Assembly (NCBI GenBank): GCA_964564905.1 | Contig: CAZMCI010000001.1 | Span: 7,986 to 71,985 of the forward strand | Direction: 5' to 3' | Length of the DNA: 64,000 nucleotides | Source of the DNA: Candidatus Hadarchaeota archaeon | GTDB taxonomy: Archaea > Hadarchaeota > Hadarchaeia > Hadarchaeales > Hadarchaeaceae | Translations under genes and position numbers: made by a program | Shown here: in pieces, positions 54,354 through 63,072 of the stretch | Layout: each line of letters begins with the position of its first letter | Numbering within the stretch: position 1 is the stretch's first letter | Notes under the pieces: model-generated | Seen by the model: only the letters and a program-made list of their open reading frames with translations | Databases searched by the model: none | Told to the model about the DNA's origin: nothing

Positions 54354-54959
54354 TTATATTTTTCGTGCCACTCTGGGTAAAGTTATTTCCTTTTGTGCTT
54401 GGTAGATACCTTTCTTGTCCCTGTAGCTCACCAAACACCCCTCATCGCTCTCTAGAAATATCACCTGCGCTATGCCTTCATTCGCGTAGATCTTCGTGGG
54501 GCTGGGTCCCACATTGGCGATCTCTATCGTAACATGCCCCTGCCACTCGGCCTCCAGGGGAGTGATGTTGACAACCACTCCACATCTAGCATAGGTCGAC
54601 TTGCCGAAACAGAGCGCCATGACCTTTCTCGGTATTCTAAAGTACTCAACCGACCTTCCGAGCACAAAAGAATTTGGTGGGATATCGCATGTCTTTCCCC
54701 TGAAATCTCTGAACAGGGTTTTGTCGAAGTGCTTCGGGTCGAGTACGCTTTTTTCCTTGGGTTCGTAGATCTTGAACTCGTCCGCTAGGCGCATGTCGTA
54801 ACCGTAGCTGGAGAGACCGTAGGAGATATTGCCTTCGCGGACTTGGTGATCGACGAAGGGTTCGATCATGCGGTGTTTGAGGGCCATCTCGCGGATCCAT
54901 CTGTCTGCTTTTAACATATCTTTCATCCAGTTTGGGCTCCCTACCGCCAGCTGATTCAA
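54354..54959 (-). CDS. dcd: dCTP deaminase (dcd family; possibly bifunctional dCTP deaminase/dUTPase). The start may be an internal ATG (MLKADR...).
   Basis: dUTPase-fold beta-barrel, ...[10 protein letters not shown]...[17 protein letters not shown]... Confidence 0.8.
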   Translation of the reverse strand: MNQLAVGSPNWMKDMLKADRWIREMALKHRMIEPFVDHQVREGNISYGLSSYGYDMRLADEFKIYEPKEKSVLDPKHFDKTLFRDFRGKTCDIPPNSFVLGRSVEYFRIPRKVMALCFGKSTYARCGVVVNITPLEAEWQGHVTIEIANVGPSPTKIYANEGIAQVIFLESDEGCLVSYRDKKGIYQAQKEITLPRVARKI

Positions 54960-54965
54960 GCACGC

Positions 54966-57059
54966 TCAGGTGAACTCGATTCGTTGTCTGAATTCCTCTT
55001 GTTTTCCGGTATTCCAGTTTTTCACAGGTCTGTAGTACCCGACGACGCGGGAATAGATCTCCGTGTCCGTTCCACAAGTCGGGCATTTTGGATACTCACC
55101 AGGCATGAAACCGTGGTCCGGACAGACCGTGTATGTGGGACTCACGGTGAAGTATGGCAGTCTCGTGTTGAAGGCAACCTTTCTCACAAGATTCTTGCAG
55201 CTCTCTCCATCCTCCAAGCTCTCTCCTATGAACATGTGAACCACAGTGCCTCCGGTGTAGAGAGTCTGTAGCTCCTCTTGGTGTTTTATGACGGATATAA
55301 GGTCCATCCCACTGTTCACTGGTAAGGTGGTCGAGTTCGTGTAGTATGGGGCCCGCTCTCCTGCCGTTATTATGTTCGGGTACTTGCGTTTGTCTATCTT
55401 GGCCAGCCTGTAACTCACTCCTTCGGCAGGGGTCGCCTCTAGGTTGTATATATTTCCGGTTTCCTCCTGAAATTGCTTGATACGCTCGCGCATGAATTTT
55501 AGCGTTCGAACCGCAAACTTTTTTCCTTCTTCGGTGGCTATCCCAGTTCCAAACAGGTTCAGCAGGGCTTCGTTCATTCCCACCAGGCCTATGGTCGAGA
55601 AGTGATGTTTCAGGGTGCCCAGATATCGTTTGGTGAATGGTAACAGTCCGTTCTCCATGTTTTTGCTTACCACTTCTCGCTTGACTTCAAGGGATATCTT
55701 CGCCAGCTCCATCACGTATTCCAATTTCTCGAAGAACTCGTCCTCGTTCTTGGAGAGGTAGCCCAACCGGGGCATGTTTATGGTCACTACCCCTATGGAT
55801 CCCGTGGAATCACCCGATCCAAAAAGACCCCCGGTCACGTTTTTCCTCAACTCTCTCAGGTCGAGCTGAAGCCTACAGCACATCGACCTGACATCGCTTG
55901 GTTTCAGGTCGCTATTGATAAAATTCTGAAAATAAGGGAGGCCATATTTAGCGGTCATCTCGAACAGTGCAGGCGATATTCCATTGTCCCACTCGAAATC
56001 CCTTGTAAGTGAGTAAGTTGGGATTGGAAACGTGAATGGCCGACCGTTCATGTCCCCTTCGCTCATCACCTCAATGAACGCGCGATTTATCATTTCCATC
56101 TCCTCCACATAATCCCCGTATGTCTCGTCCTGGAGTTTTCCGCCGACCACCACGTGTTCTCCTGCTAGGTCATCCGGAACGGTGAGGTCCAGGGTCACGT
56201 TGGTGAACGGCGTCTGTCCGCCCCAGCGGGAGGCGATGTTCAAGTTGAACACGAACGTCTGTATCGCCTGCTTTACCTTTTTGTAATCCAACCCGTCCTT
56301 TCTCACAAAGGGAGCCAGCATGGTGTCAACCCCGTTGAAGGCTTGGGCTCCAGCCCACTCGTTCTGGAGGGATCCTAGGAAGTTCGCCATCTGGAGCAGG
56401 GCTGTGTCGAGATGAGCTGGGGGCTTGGAGGCCACCTTGCTCGGGACTCCGTTGAACCCCTCAGCCAGAAGCTGTCGCAAACTCCAGCCGGCACAGTAGC
56501 CAACTATTCCGGAACCAAGATCATGGATGTGCATGTCCCCGTTCGTGTGAGCATCCGCGACCTCCATCGGGTAAATTTTATCCAGCGTGTAATTTGCAAT
56601 CACAGACGTGGCGATGTGATACATCAGGCCGGAGTAGGAGTATCCCATGTTGCTGTTCTCCCTGACCCTCCAGTCACGCCCGCCCGTGTAGTCATCAACC
56701 AGCCGTTCGACCTCCAGAAACGTTGATTTTATCTTTCTGAGTTCCTCGTGTTGCTTGCGGTACAGGATATATGCCTTGGCGGTCCTAGCGTGCCCCCGTT
56801 CGATCAAAACCTTTTCCACGATGTCTTGGATGTCCTCAACGCTGGGCGTTTGGTTCGCATATTTTTCCTCGAGGATCTTTACGACCTCATTTGACAGCCT
56901 TTCCGCGATCCTTCGGTCCCGACCACCAACCTCGCGAGCTGCCGCGAAGATCGCGTTGGTGATGCGTTCCTGATCGAAGTCCACGATCCTGCCGTCACGC
57001 TTTTTCACCTTCTTGATTGTCCCGCTCATGGCTCTTCCTCCAAGTTCAGTCCAGTCCAC
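54966..57059 (-). CDS. nrdD: Anaerobic ribonucleoside-triphosphate reductase (class III RNR, NrdD)
   Basis: N-terminal ATP-cone (KVKKRDGRIVDFDQERI); C-terminal zinc ribbon and glycyl-radical region CPDHGFM...CPTCG...RVVGYYRP. Confidence 0.85.
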   Translation of the reverse strand: MDWTELGGRAMSGTIKKVKKRDGRIVDFDQERITNAIFAAAREVGGRDRRIAERLSNEVVKILEEKYANQTPSVEDIQDIVEKVLIERGHARTAKAYILYRKQHEELRKIKSTFLEVERLVDDYTGGRDWRVRENSNMGYSYSGLMYHIATSVIANYTLDKIYPMEVADAHTNGDMHIHDLGSGIVGYCAGWSLRQLLAEGFNGVPSKVASKPPAHLDTALLQMANFLGSLQNEWAGAQAFNGVDTMLAPFVRKDGLDYKKVKQAIQTFVFNLNIASRWGGQTPFTNVTLDLTVPDDLAGEHVVVGGKLQDETYGDYVEEMEMINRAFIEVMSEGDMNGRPFTFPIPTYSLTRDFEWDNGISPALFEMTAKYGLPYFQNFINSDLKPSDVRSMCCRLQLDLRELRKNVTGGLFGSGDSTGSIGVVTINMPRLGYLSKNEDEFFEKLEYVMELAKISLEVKREVVSKNMENGLLPFTKRYLGTLKHHFSTIGLVGMNEALLNLFGTGIATEEGKKFAVRTLKFMRERIKQFQEETGNIYNLEATPAEGVSYRLAKIDKRKYPNIITAGERAPYYTNSTTLPVNSGMDLISVIKHQEELQTLYTGGTVVHMFIGESLEDGESCKNLVRKVAFNTRLPYFTVSPTYTVCPDHGFMPGEYPKCPTCGTDTEIYSRVVGYYRPVKNWNTGKQEEFRQRIEFT

Positions 57060-57268
57060 CTGCAGACGAGGTTGACTTCGTCAAAGTACTTGCAGTGAAA
57101 GCAGAGGCTTGGGTTTCTCTGGTTTATCGAATTTTTCCGCACACAACCCTTCGTGAAGAAATTGCAGAGTTCCCTCTCGATGAACTCCATGGCTCCACCG
57201 AGATCGTTTCCCCTCAACAACCCTCCAATGTTTCTGGCCCTCACGACAGCGGATTCTCCCGGTTTCAT
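57026..57268 (-). CDS. Small Cys-rich ORF (80 aa) between nrdG and nrdD
   Basis: Spacing: 4-nt overlap with the nrdG stop, abuts the nrdD start. Contains 5 Cys (CNFF..GC......C.HC........C). Confidence 0.3.
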   Translation of the reverse strand: MKPGESAVVRARNIGGLLRGNDLGGAMEFIERELCNFFTKGCVRKNSINQRNPSLCFHCKYFDEVNLVCRWTGLNLEEEP

Positions 57269-58005
57269 TTGATTGCTCCCTCCGTTTGGGGCGCCCTCGC
57301 ACCTCTAACCTTGCACATCTGGAAATTTGGTGCGATTTCATGCTGGATTTCCCGGATGAACTCCAACGAGTACGGCGTGATTTTAGAATATCGTTCGTCC
57401 ACGTGGGACCCATAAGGTTTGAACTGCTGAAGGCAGTATTTTTTCGCGCCCTTTATCTCCTCAGCTATGAGTAACAGATCCTCCTTTTTCAACTCCGGGA
57501 CGACTGTGGTCCTCAGCTCATAGTCCGTTCCGTTAGAATTCTGAAGAAGGCGGATACTTTCTTTTATCCTATCCACAGTCCCGTTCGCTTGTACGCCAAC
57601 TATTTCTTGGTATCTGTCCTCTCTCAGGGGTGCCTTGACGTCAATGGCCACATAATCGACGAGCCGTCTCCCGAGCAACTCGGTCAACATCTTCGGATTT
57701 GTGCCGTTCGTATCGAGCTTGACGCCGATTCCCATCTTTTTCACCTTCTCGAGAAAGGATGGCAGTTCCGGGTGTATCGTCGGCTCTCCGCCGGTTACCA
57801 CGAGTCCATCGATCCACCGTCGGTTCTCCTCGAGATATCTCAGTATCTCATCCTCCGCAATGGACGGTAGACGCTCTGGGTTCAGAACCAGGTCCCGATT
57901 GTAACAGAAACCGCATCTGAAGTTGCACCCGCCGACAAATGCGATCGCTGCGATTTTTCCCGGATAATCGAGAAGGGATACTCTCTGGAAACCCTTAAAT
58001 TCCAA
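57265..58005 (-). CDS. nrdG: Anaerobic RNR-activating radical-SAM protein NrdG
   Basis: GGCNFRCGFCYN CxxxCxxC radical-SAM motif. Confidence 0.8.
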   Translation of the reverse strand: MEFKGFQRVSLLDYPGKIAAIAFVGGCNFRCGFCYNRDLVLNPERLPSIAEDEILRYLEENRRWIDGLVVTGGEPTIHPELPSFLEKVKKMGIGVKLDTNGTNPKMLTELLGRRLVDYVAIDVKAPLREDRYQEIVGVQANGTVDRIKESIRLLQNSNGTDYELRTTVVPELKKEDLLLIAEEIKGAKKYCLQQFKPYGSHVDERYSKITPYSLEFIREIQHEIAPNFQMCKVRGARAPQTEGAIK

Positions 58006-58088
58006 TCATAATCACCCTCGGCCAGGAAATCGTTACTATTTTCGTAACGCAAATATTTAAATGTTACGCGTTATGAAACACATTACGC

Positions 58089-58805
58089 ATGAGAATCCTC
58101 CGAAAAAGCAAAAGCGTCGAGATCCTCCTTCAGCTTCTGAACGGTCCAAGCTATGTCAGAGAACTTGTCTCCAAGGTTGGGGGTAGCGCTCAGACCGTGG
58201 AAATGCGGATTCAGGAGTTGATGAAGGAGGGACTCGTGACCGAGGAAGTATGGGAAGCTTGGCCGTTCCGAAAGATGCTGAAGCTTACTGATCGAGGGAA
58301 GAACGTGGCTGGGCTCTTGAAGGTCGAGGAAAGTCTGTTTTCGGTAGCCAAAAGGATAGGAAGCGAGGAGGCTCTGAACAGGGGAAGATGGCTGCTGGCG
58401 GTACTTCACGCGATGGGGGGAACGGTCAAAGGCGCCACGAGGCTCCAAAAACTTCTCTTTCTGTTGAAAAGGGAATATGGAGTGGAAACTCCGTACAATT
58501 TCACCCCCTACATGTTTGGGCCTCACTCCCCAGATGTTCTGGAGGATGCGATAGAGCTGGAGACAGCGGGATACCTCAGCATCGATGAGGAGGTTTTTGA
58601 TACCACCTTGGCCGGAGATTGTATCATCGAAAGGAGGTACCAGCTTACCCCTGCGGGAGCCAAAGTTGCCGAGCGGATCTGTGAAGAGCTTCAGGAGGAG
58701 CAAAGACGGGCTCTTTTTGCGCTGAAAAGGTTTAACGAGATGAGGTTGACCGATCTCCTGAAGTACGTGTACACGAGATACCCTAAGGAAAGCCGTGGAC
58801 TCTAG
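58089..58805 (+). CDS. Winged-HTH + Panacea (DUF4065)-domain protein (PanA-antitoxin-like)
   Basis: N-terminal ArsR-like wHTH (VEILLQLLNGPSYVRELVSKVG). C-terminal ATRLQKLLFLLKREYGVETPYNFTPYMFGPHSPDV resembles the Panacea core. Confidence 0.45.
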   Translation: MRILRKSKSVEILLQLLNGPSYVRELVSKVGGSAQTVEMRIQELMKEGLVTEEVWEAWPFRKMLKLTDRGKNVAGLLKVEESLFSVAKRIGSEEALNRGRWLLAVLHAMGGTVKGATRLQKLLFLLKREYGVETPYNFTPYMFGPHSPDVLEDAIELETAGYLSIDEEVFDTTLAGDCIIERRYQLTPAGAKVAERICEELQEEQRRALFALKRFNEMRLTDLLKYVYTRYPKESRGL

Positions 58806-59458
58806 CGGATCTCGAACAGGTTCAGGATTCTGGCACTTCTCCGCTTCAATAACTCCGCCGGGAGATCCCATACGGCCTTCGCACGTTTGATTATCGCCCT
58901 ATCACTGGTTGCCACCACATCGAACTCCCGCAGCATGAAATCCACTCCACCCGTGGCCAGGGCGTTCCCATTCAGACAAAGTTCTTTCATCTTTCTTCTT
59001 ACCATCCCAGAAATTTCGCCGCTTTTGCTGACCTGTTTATCAAAGAGAACCACCACCTCTCTCGGTTTCGCGGTCTTCACGATCTTCAAAACCTCTGAGA
59101 TAGCGCGTTCGGTTGTCCGCGAGGGTCTGTACTTGCCGAAAATCGCGCGCAGATCCCTCACGAATCCATCGTCGCATCGCACAACCTGTTTGCTCATCAG
59201 GATGCTTTCTGAAGTTATCAGCACATTATATCCATCAATACCCAACTGTTTGCCTCGCACCTTGCTTACTCCAATGGATTTCTGACGATGCTCGGTTGCT
59301 TCTTGTTTCGAAAAAACGCAACGTGCAAGCAGATGGCGTTCGGGGAGCGGTAAGCGGTAGTGGTTGGAGACGAAGTTTACAGCCGAGTCGCGGGGGTACC
59401 CATGGTTAAGCAAATAACGCAAGTTTTGGACAGCTGCTTCTAGTGATCTGGAAAGCAC
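58802..59458 (-). CDS. DUF434 + NYN/PIN-like (YacP-like) domain protein
   Basis: GIDGYNVLITSE matches the YacP/NYN start; acidic residues positioned as in PIN-like nucleases. Confidence 0.4.
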   Translation of the reverse strand: MLSRSLEAAVQNLRYLLNHGYPRDSAVNFVSNHYRLPLPERHLLARCVFSKQEATEHRQKSIGVSKVRGKQLGIDGYNVLITSESILMSKQVVRCDDGFVRDLRAIFGKYRPSRTTERAISEVLKIVKTAKPREVVVLFDKQVSKSGEISGMVRRKMKELCLNGNALATGGVDFMLREFDVVATSDRAIIKRAKAVWDLPAELLKRRSARILNLFEIR

Positions 59459-59597
59459 GTTTATTCTTGGACGGAGGGTTATAAACTACTTCTTATTTAG
59501 ATGGCATCAAAAAATAAACAATAGGGATAATCAGCATTCCAGCGGAAAGCCATCTCTCAGACGATGTTTTACTCCGGGCAACTCCCCATCTTTTGCT

Positions 59598-60155
59598 TCA
59601 CTCCATAACGTTTATTCGAATCTTCCCGCGTCCTTCGGTGATTTCCACCTTGTGAGGAGACGCATCAAATAGCCCTTCAAAGAAAGTTCTCACAAACCGT
59701 TTAGCTTCCCGCACGTTCAATATTAGAGTAAACGCTCGACTGGAGTCCACGCTTAACCGATACCAGTTTGCCTTCTCGACGTATTCCAAGATATCTTTCA
59801 CCTCTCTGAGTCCTTTATCATAATATTCCTGCCAGTGATGCCTCCCCACATCGCGAACCTCCCTCCAGAACCCATCAGACCCTTCCCCGATCTCAGAAAA
59901 TATAGCTTTCCAGTGCTCAACATCTACTATGATGTGCTCTCCTTTGCATAGAAAATCTAAATACGCCTTGCACGCATCCAAGGAAGCTCCACCTTTCTCC
60001 TCCACAACGTCGAGATAATTAACAGCCTTTCGAATAACCTCCGCCTTGGAGGAATTATACTGGCGCTGGAGTTTTGCGAGCAGGGTTGCTGTTTCTTCAT
60101 CTAGGGATATGGTCAGCCGTATGGGGGGGTGTCTCCCGAATTTTGTTTTCATCAC
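59598..60155 (-). CDS. Ribbon-helix-helix (CopG-like) DNA-binding protein with an uncharacterised C-terminal domain
   Basis: IRLTISLDEETATLLAKLQRQYNSSKAEVIRKAVNYL RHH motif. Confidence 0.5.
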   Translation of the reverse strand: MMKTKFGRHPPIRLTISLDEETATLLAKLQRQYNSSKAEVIRKAVNYLDVVEEKGGASLDACKAYLDFLCKGEHIIVDVEHWKAIFSEIGEGSDGFWREVRDVGRHHWQEYYDKGLREVKDILEYVEKANWYRLSVDSSRAFTLILNVREAKRFVRTFFEGLFDASPHKVEITEGRGKIRINVME

Positions 60156-60315
60156 GGTTCTCCTTTTTAAAGTGTGTGGATGACTTCTTTTACTTTTTTG
60201 TTAACACCGGTGAATTATGGTGAGAAATTATTGGAATTTGTTCAATTATCTCAAACATTTTCTTATAGACATTTTTGGCACATGGCCACATGAACTGAAA
60301 AAAGGAGGATAAAAA

Positions 60316-60822
60316 ATGGTATATGAAAAATCTGGCTCTTCGACCGTCCAAACCCGCCTTCCAGAAGGAGAACCCTGTGGAACAATATCTGAAACGGTGG
60401 TTGAAGAGTTAAAAGCAAAACTCAGCTCAGATGACCCGAAGACCGCTGAGGAAGGGGTCCGAAAATCTCTCATACTGATTCAGCTATATCCTGAGGACTT
60501 CCTGGAAGAACTCCTAGCACCGCTCGCCTCTGCAGCGTGGAAGCACGAAAACTTTCAGAGAAACTTGGAAGAATCCCTCGCCGATATAGCCAAAAACAAG
60601 CCCACGTACCTCCCGGTGGACACGCTGCAAAAACTCAGCGAAAGCAAGCTCTGGTACCCCCGGTGGTTAACACTGTGGATCCTCAACAACATGTCTTACA
60701 GACACCCTAACCTCGTCCCCACTGAGTTGCTGGAGAAACTGACGAAGGACGAAAAATGGTGGAATCGAGAATTCGCAGAAGAGATCCTGAACCGGGTGTG
60801 GCGCTCGAGAGTGAAATATTGA
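60316..60822 (+). CDS. Hypothetical alpha-helical repeat (HEAT/AlkD-like) protein
   Basis: Helical repeats rich in W/L; weak resemblance to DNA-alkylation-repair HEAT proteins. Confidence 0.3.
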   Translation: MVYEKSGSSTVQTRLPEGEPCGTISETVVEELKAKLSSDDPKTAEEGVRKSLILIQLYPEDFLEELLAPLASAAWKHENFQRNLEESLADIAKNKPTYLPVDTLQKLSESKLWYPRWLTLWILNNMSYRHPNLVPTELLEKLTKDEKWWNREFAEEILNRVWRSRVKY

Positions 60823-60866
60823 ACAAAACTCGGCTAGAGCGTGCAGACTTGAAAGGAGGCAGATCT

Positions 60867-62345
60867 GTGGCCGAAACCTGTGAAAACCTGTATGTTGCAA
60901 AAGAAAGCACCTTGGCAACGCCAGGCAAGAGAATTTTATCCGAAAATATAACTCGCCTAAGAGAATTCTTCAACCCTGCGAGTATCGCGGTCATTGGAGC
61001 CTCGCGAGAGCCATCAAAACCCGGCAATGTTATTCTAAGAAATCTAAAAAGATCAGGCCTCTCCCTCTACGCTGTGAATCCTTATGCCAAAGAAATTGCT
61101 GGAGTGAAGTGTTACTCCTCGGTGTTTGACATCCCGGGAATAGTTGACATGGCGGTTATTGTTGTTCCTTCCAAGTTCGTTATCCAAGAACTCAAGAAAT
61201 GCGTGGCCAGAAGAATAAAAAATATCATAATCATCAGCAGTGGGTTCAGCGAGGCTGGAGAGGAGGGCAGAAAAGCCGAGGAAGAAGCAAGAGATATTAT
61301 CAAAGAATCCGGAGCCAAACTCTTAGGTCCGAATACCCTGGGGATGTTGCTTCCAAACAAAAAAATAGACACTTTTTTTGTCGACGAGTACACCCTTCCC
61401 AGACCACGTCCAGGTGATGTGGCCTTCATTTCCCAAAGCGGATCTATCTCCCTAGCGTTTATGGATTTCGCGAAAGCGCACAACATTGGGTTATCCGCGT
61501 TTGTTGGCCTTGGAAATAAACTAGATATCGATGAAAATCAGCTCTTGGAGTACTTCGGGGAGGATGAAGAAACCAAATGTATCCTGTTATATCTCGAAAC
61601 TTTTTCGGATGGCAGAAAATTCGCGGGGCTCTGTAAAGAAATCTGTAAGAAAAAACCTGTCATCGTACTAAAAGCTGGACGCACTGCACGAGGGGTCAGC
61701 GCTGCAATGTCTCACACGGGGAGGTTAAGTAAAGGTTCCGATCGAATCGTGGATTGTGTCTTAAAACGCGCGGGGGTCATCAGGGCGTATACTGAAGAGG
61801 ATGTGCTCGACTATACCGCTGCCTTGAGTTGGATGCCCCCGATGAAGAAAGGCGGGGTGGCAATCGTGGCCAACGGAGGGGGACACTGTGTTATCTCGGC
61901 GGACTTGATCGAAAGCAGCGAGGATATCCAACTTCGGCTGGCAGAGATCGGTGAAATCCAAAAGGAAAAGATAAAGAGTCTCCTTGATATCCCCATTTCC
62001 GCTACGAACCCGATCGACCTAACAGCAATGGCTACGGACGACACTTTTAAAACCACCCTGAGCGTGTTGGCGAAAACAGAAACTGTGGAAGGAGTGATCG
62101 TGGAACTGGCAACGCTTCAAGGGGTGAGTGAGAGGATGGTAAAAATTGTGCAAAATTTCTTCAAGAATTGTGGAAAACCTATAATCGTCTGTGTCCCTGG
62201 TGGAGATAGCGCTAGGAAGCTGGCTAAAAAATTTGAGGCTGAAAAAATACCAGTATATCCTTCTCTAAAACGTGGGATATGCGCTGCAAATGTCCTTTTG
62301 AAGAGGGGCATGTGGCTGGATAGAATTAAAAACTTTAGAAGGTGA
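60867..62345 (+). CDS. acdA: Acetyl-CoA synthetase (ADP-forming) alpha subunit (NDP-forming acyl-CoA synthetase, CoA-binding + SCS-like domains); start proposed at GTG 60867 with a GGAGG 7 nt upstream
   Basis: LREFFNPASIAVIGAS CoA-binding Rossmann start; succinyl-CoA-synthetase-alpha-like middle; 493 aa. Confidence 0.8.
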   Translation: MAETCENLYVAKESTLATPGKRILSENITRLREFFNPASIAVIGASREPSKPGNVILRNLKRSGLSLYAVNPYAKEIAGVKCYSSVFDIPGIVDMAVIVVPSKFVIQELKKCVARRIKNIIIISSGFSEAGEEGRKAEEEARDIIKESGAKLLGPNTLGMLLPNKKIDTFFVDEYTLPRPRPGDVAFISQSGSISLAFMDFAKAHNIGLSAFVGLGNKLDIDENQLLEYFGEDEETKCILLYLETFSDGRKFAGLCKEICKKKPVIVLKAGRTARGVSAAMSHTGRLSKGSDRIVDCVLKRAGVIRAYTEEDVLDYTAALSWMPPMKKGGVAIVANGGGHCVISADLIESSEDIQLRLAEIGEIQKEKIKSLLDIPISATNPIDLTAMATDDTFKTTLSVLAKTETVEGVIVELATLQGVSERMVKIVQNFFKNCGKPIIVCVPGGDSARKLAKKFEAEKIPVYPSLKRGICAANVLLKRGMWLDRIKNFRR

Positions 62346-62349
62346 GCTA

Positions 62350-63072
62350 ATGCAGAATAAAGAAAGGATAACGCAACTCATTAGATCTGCTCGAGATAGT
62401 GACAGGCGGGAGCTCACAGAATACGAATCAAAACAGATTTTATCCTTATGGGGAATCCCCATTGTGCGAACGGAATTAGCACGAAATGTTTCCGAAGCTG
62501 TACAGGTCGCTCGAAAGCTGGGATACCCCGTGGTTATGAAAATTGCGTCTCCTGAGATTCTGCACAAGAGCGAGGCAAAGGGAGTTAGAGTTGGTTTAAA
62601 CTCTGAATCTGAAGTCCGTCAGGCTTTCGAACAGATAATCTCAAACGCGACCATGTACAAAAAGGATGCGGAGATCTGGGGGGTAACTGTTCAAGAGCGT
62701 ATTCCTCCGGCACGAGAGGTTATCATAGGTCTGGTACAGGACGGAGCATTTGGTCCAACTGTTATGTTTGGCCTCGGAGGAATATGGGTGGAAGTTTTGA
62801 AAGATGTCAGTTTTAGCCTTGCCCCCGTTTCAGAGTTAGATGCTTGGGAGATGATCCACGAGATCAGGGGCTATCCCGTGCTTGAGGGAATGAGGGGAGA
62901 GAAGATGGCGGATCTCAAGGCGCTTGTGGATATTTTGCAAAAAATTGGGTTGCTAGCGATAGAATTTAAAAATATTGGCGAGATAGACCTCAATCCTGTT
63001 TTTGCATTCGAGGCTGGCAAAGGTGCTAGGGTGGCCGATGCCCGTATAATCTTAAGGTCCAACGGGCTTTGA
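62350..63072 (+). CDS. acdB: Acetyl-CoA synthetase (ADP-forming) beta subunit (ATP-grasp)
   Basis: ATP-grasp motifs; LTEYESKQILSLWGIPI...GYPVVMKI; 240 aa, immediately after alpha. Confidence 0.8.
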   Translation: MQNKERITQLIRSARDSDRRELTEYESKQILSLWGIPIVRTELARNVSEAVQVARKLGYPVVMKIASPEILHKSEAKGVRVGLNSESEVRQAFEQIISNATMYKKDAEIWGVTVQERIPPAREVIIGLVQDGAFGPTVMFGLGGIWVEVLKDVSFSLAPVSELDAWEMIHEIRGYPVLEGMRGEKMADLKALVDILQKIGLLAIEFKNIGEIDLNPVFAFEAGKGARVADARIILRSNGL

